NCBI GenBank assembly: GCA_964016885.1
Contig: OZ024740.1
Location: 327,856,001 to 327,920,000 of the forward strand
From: Eledone cirrhosa
Taxonomy: Eukaryota
DNA: 64,000 nt
Direction: 5' to 3'
Part shown: piece after piece, positions 50,297 to 64,000 of the stretch
Numbering within the stretch: the first letter of the stretch is position 1
How the letters are laid out: the number at the start of each line of letters is the position of its first letter
Program-made: the position numbers and the translations under genes
The notes under the pieces: model-generated
What the model saw: the letters and a program-made list of their open reading frames with translations, nothing else
Told to the model about the DNA's origin: nothing
Database searches by the model: none

Positions 50297-51728
50297 TACA
50301 CATGTATACATATATACATATATATCAACATCATCATTTCTATGTCCATTTTTTCCATGCTTGCATGGGTTGGACTTGTCAGTACAGCATCTCCCTTTGT
50401 CATCACCTCTGTGAGTTTCCTGGCTTTATTTCACCCAGCAATCATTGTTCATGCACATCACATGTCCATACTAATGCAGTCTTCTCCCCTGCACACCACC
50501 TCAAATTCCTCTTAAACCCAGCTTCTCCCTCAACTCATCCACTTTCTTGCACATCCAACAAACCATGGTTGCTTCATTTCTCTTCAGTATACACGTCTTC
50601 TGCAGTCACAGCCTATGTTTCTCTACCATGCAGCATCACACTTATACACAGGCATCATACAGCTGCCCTTTCATATGTAGGGAGAATCGTTTTGTTGTGA
50701 ACAGTGGGGGTAGCCCTCTCAACCTTTTCCATCCTATCTTTATCTTAGCTATTATGCTCTCAGAGCACCCTCCTCATATGAGTATTTTGTGTATCTAGCA
50801 ATATATGGTATGTTTATTGATAAACATTTTGGAAGACTTCAGCTATGAATTTGAAAACTGATGACGTAGCGCCATCTAGCGGATTCCAGCAGAAGAAAGG
50901 GTGGGTAACTGTCAGTGATGAACATTGTTTCTGTCTCTGAAATAACGATATATATATGAATGTATGTATAGTATATTTGATAATATACTGTATGTTTAAT
51001 TAAAAACATTTTGAATACCATTCGCTATGAATTTTCAAGTAGTGAATGGTCTTCAAAATGTTTTAAATTAAACATACTGTATACTAATACCGAATTTTTG
51101 CTGGACTGGCAACTGCTCTGTTTAATCAGCTCTTAAACATTACTGAAATTCTATAAGAATCCAGCTTCTATAATTCTCAGCAAAAGTGAAGGGGTAAGTA
51201 GTCTTGATAACCGCTAATGAGCGAGAAACAGGACTGTGAATTACTCCCCTTTGTTTTTGCCGAGAATAAGTAAGTGACATAGTGACTACTTTAAAATTCA
51301 TAGCGAACTGTCTTCAAAAGGTTTTTAATTAAACATACAGTATATTATCAAATATACTGTACATACATTTGTATATACATCACTATTTCAGAGCACCAAT
51401 AACCAATACTAATATATGTATATATATATATCATCATCATCATCATCATACATCCGCTTTTCCTTGCTCTGCAAGGGTGGGACAAATATATATATAATAT
51501 ATAGATTTGTTTGTATTTGTTTATACATATGTAGTCTAACCATGCTAGCAAGGAAGTTAAATAATGATGATGTATATTATTAAATATGACTCAAATTATA
51601 TTGTGCAATTTTTGCTAGACGCGAAAACATATTACGTGATAATAATGTTATAATGAAACTCATAAAAAGTGTGCTTGATGTACAATAAATGTAATAAAAT
51701 TGTCAACATGGTTATAAATTAAAAACTG
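47168..51728. repeat. Three-copy ~1.53-kb tandem duplication
   Basis: Units at ~47168-48695, 48696-50224 and 50225-51728 are nearly identical, with junction microhomology CTGG. Copies differ in microsatellite length and a few SNPs/indels. Confidence 0.95.
48108..48202 (+). ncRNA. Variant hammerhead-like motif (U3-A8 core); copies at ~49647-49741 and 51173-51267
   Basis: UUGAUAA-C-CGCU-AAUG-AGCG-A-GAAA-CAG-GA-CUG-UC/AGUUACUCC. Distal stem I ATTCTCAGCAAAA / TTTTGCCGAGAAT and GGAGTAA / TTACTCC; the proximal part of stem I is imperfect. Confidence 0.5.
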
Positions 51729-52329
51729 GAAGGCTCTGTAATTGATTATTTTCTTTTCTCTGTTTGTTTGTCAATAACTACACTTTCCACATATATTCCA
51801 CTCCATGGTTAAATTCTTAGTTTATTAGGAAATAAGTATGCAAAAAAAAAAATTATTTTTGCTCTTTTATGAGTGAATAATAATTATAATATATTAATAT
51901 TCGGATTGTTTACAAGCAAATAGCCTCATAAAACAGCACATGGTAGCAAGCGAGGAGAATACACAATCTTGACAAGGAGCAAGACACTTCGAAACAATTC
52001 GAAAAAAAATGACAATATCTACCAAGTGGTTGGTGTTGTATGAGGTTGTTTACTTGTAAACAAACTAAATATTAATAGTATGATTATTATATTATAATTA
52101 TTCACTTAGGAATACAATTATACAAAAATCCTCAACCCCATCCACATTAGTATGGATAAGTGTATATCACCACATTCATAAATATATATCTAAGGAGTTG
52201 ACTGATTCTGTACTTGCTGTATATATTTCAATTAATTTTCTTCCTATATCCCATGGCATCTTTTTGGAAGATTTTCTCCATACCTGCCCTACACCTAGAG
52301 CAGTGTACTTGTCACCCCCACCCCCTCTC

Positions 52330-52437
52330 ACCATGACATACTCCCCCTTTCCCCCCAACCATGACATACTCCTCCTTTCCCCAACCATGACATACTCCTC
52401 CTTTACCCCAACCATGACATACTCGCCCTTTCCCCCA
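52330..52437. repeat. Minisatellite, 4 x ~27 bp
   Basis: ACCATGACATACTCC.CCTTT.CCCCA repeated. Confidence 0.85.
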
Positions 52438-53048
52438 TATGGTAAGAAGAGGTCTTCAGTAGTCAATGACCAGCAACCTTCTTTGTGCTGGTACCATGAT
52501 AACATGCATACAGTATACACAGTAAAGTCTATCGGTAGAAGGTCGGATGCCATGCTTTGCAGCATAGTTACGCCCCTCTATAGTCTGAGTTCAAATCCCG
52601 CCGAGTTTCTCTTTGCCTTTCATCCTTACGGGCTCAATAAAATAAAGTACCTGTAATGTACTGTGATAGTTGCTGGCCTTGTGCCAAAAGTAGAAGCAAT
52701 TGTTATCATAAGTTTGCTTTAAATCTGTGATGATATTTAATTTCCCAATCAAGTCAAACTTCAGATTAAATGTGCTTTGGCCGAGTAATATTTGGTGAAA
52801 TGCCAATCTCCTTCAAATAACATTCTAAAGTTTTTATGAGTGACCTCCATTGTATCATTTTAGCATTTTTGTATCACACCCTAGCAATTTTAACTTTAAC
52901 TTAGAGTAGTTGTCTACTTTTTTATTTTCCTTGATTCTGGTAAAAATGATTCCCTGGTACTGCCACATCAATTTAGCCAATACTTGTTCTTATTTTTATC
53001 CACCATCATGTCAAAATTTCTGTGCTGAATAACACTAAATGTTTGAAC

Positions 53049-64000
<10,952 letters not shown>

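Noticed and set aside
47193-50798. Repeated 83-132 aa ORFs suggesting a tandem gene family
   Set aside because: They start in microsatellites, overlap decayed retroelement sequence and recur only because of the triplication.
52330-52437. CRISPR-like direct repeats
   Set aside because: Contiguous minisatellite with no unique spacers and no cas genes, in a eukaryotic context.

Overview
This is AT-rich, repeat-dense animal genomic DNA; the SINE and microsatellite repertoire suggests a cephalopod such as octopus (inference). The only host gene I can support is the 3' end of BBS4 on the + strand, as four GT-AG exons at 6148-6319, 13063-13132, 16874-17012 and 18392-18775 that splice in frame. The rest is mostly mobile DNA: a full-length decayed DD37D (maT) transposon, a decayed Helitron with two solo LTRs and a Merlin-type MITE nested in it, piggyBac/Tc1/pogo/hAT MITEs, RTE, CRE and R4/Dong LINE fragments, and many tRNA-derived SINEs. 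There is also a 3x ~1.53 kb tandem triplication and an ~11 kb (TA/TATG)n tract containing a 200-N gap. Three observations stand out. (1) Several type I hammerhead-ribozyme motifs sit in fold-back elements embedded in (TA)n, probably Penelope/retrozyme-like; one has a ~115-nt stem II and a U3-A8 variant occurs once per unit of the triplication. (2) A SINE tRNA head is fused to the Helitron body, and the whole unit is enclosed by a 16-bp direct repeat of retroposon TSD type that abuts the Helitron CTAG terminus. (3) A 957-bp element has perfect 213-bp inverted arms ending in CTAG on both strands. All calls come from reading the sequence by eye; no searches or folding programs were run.
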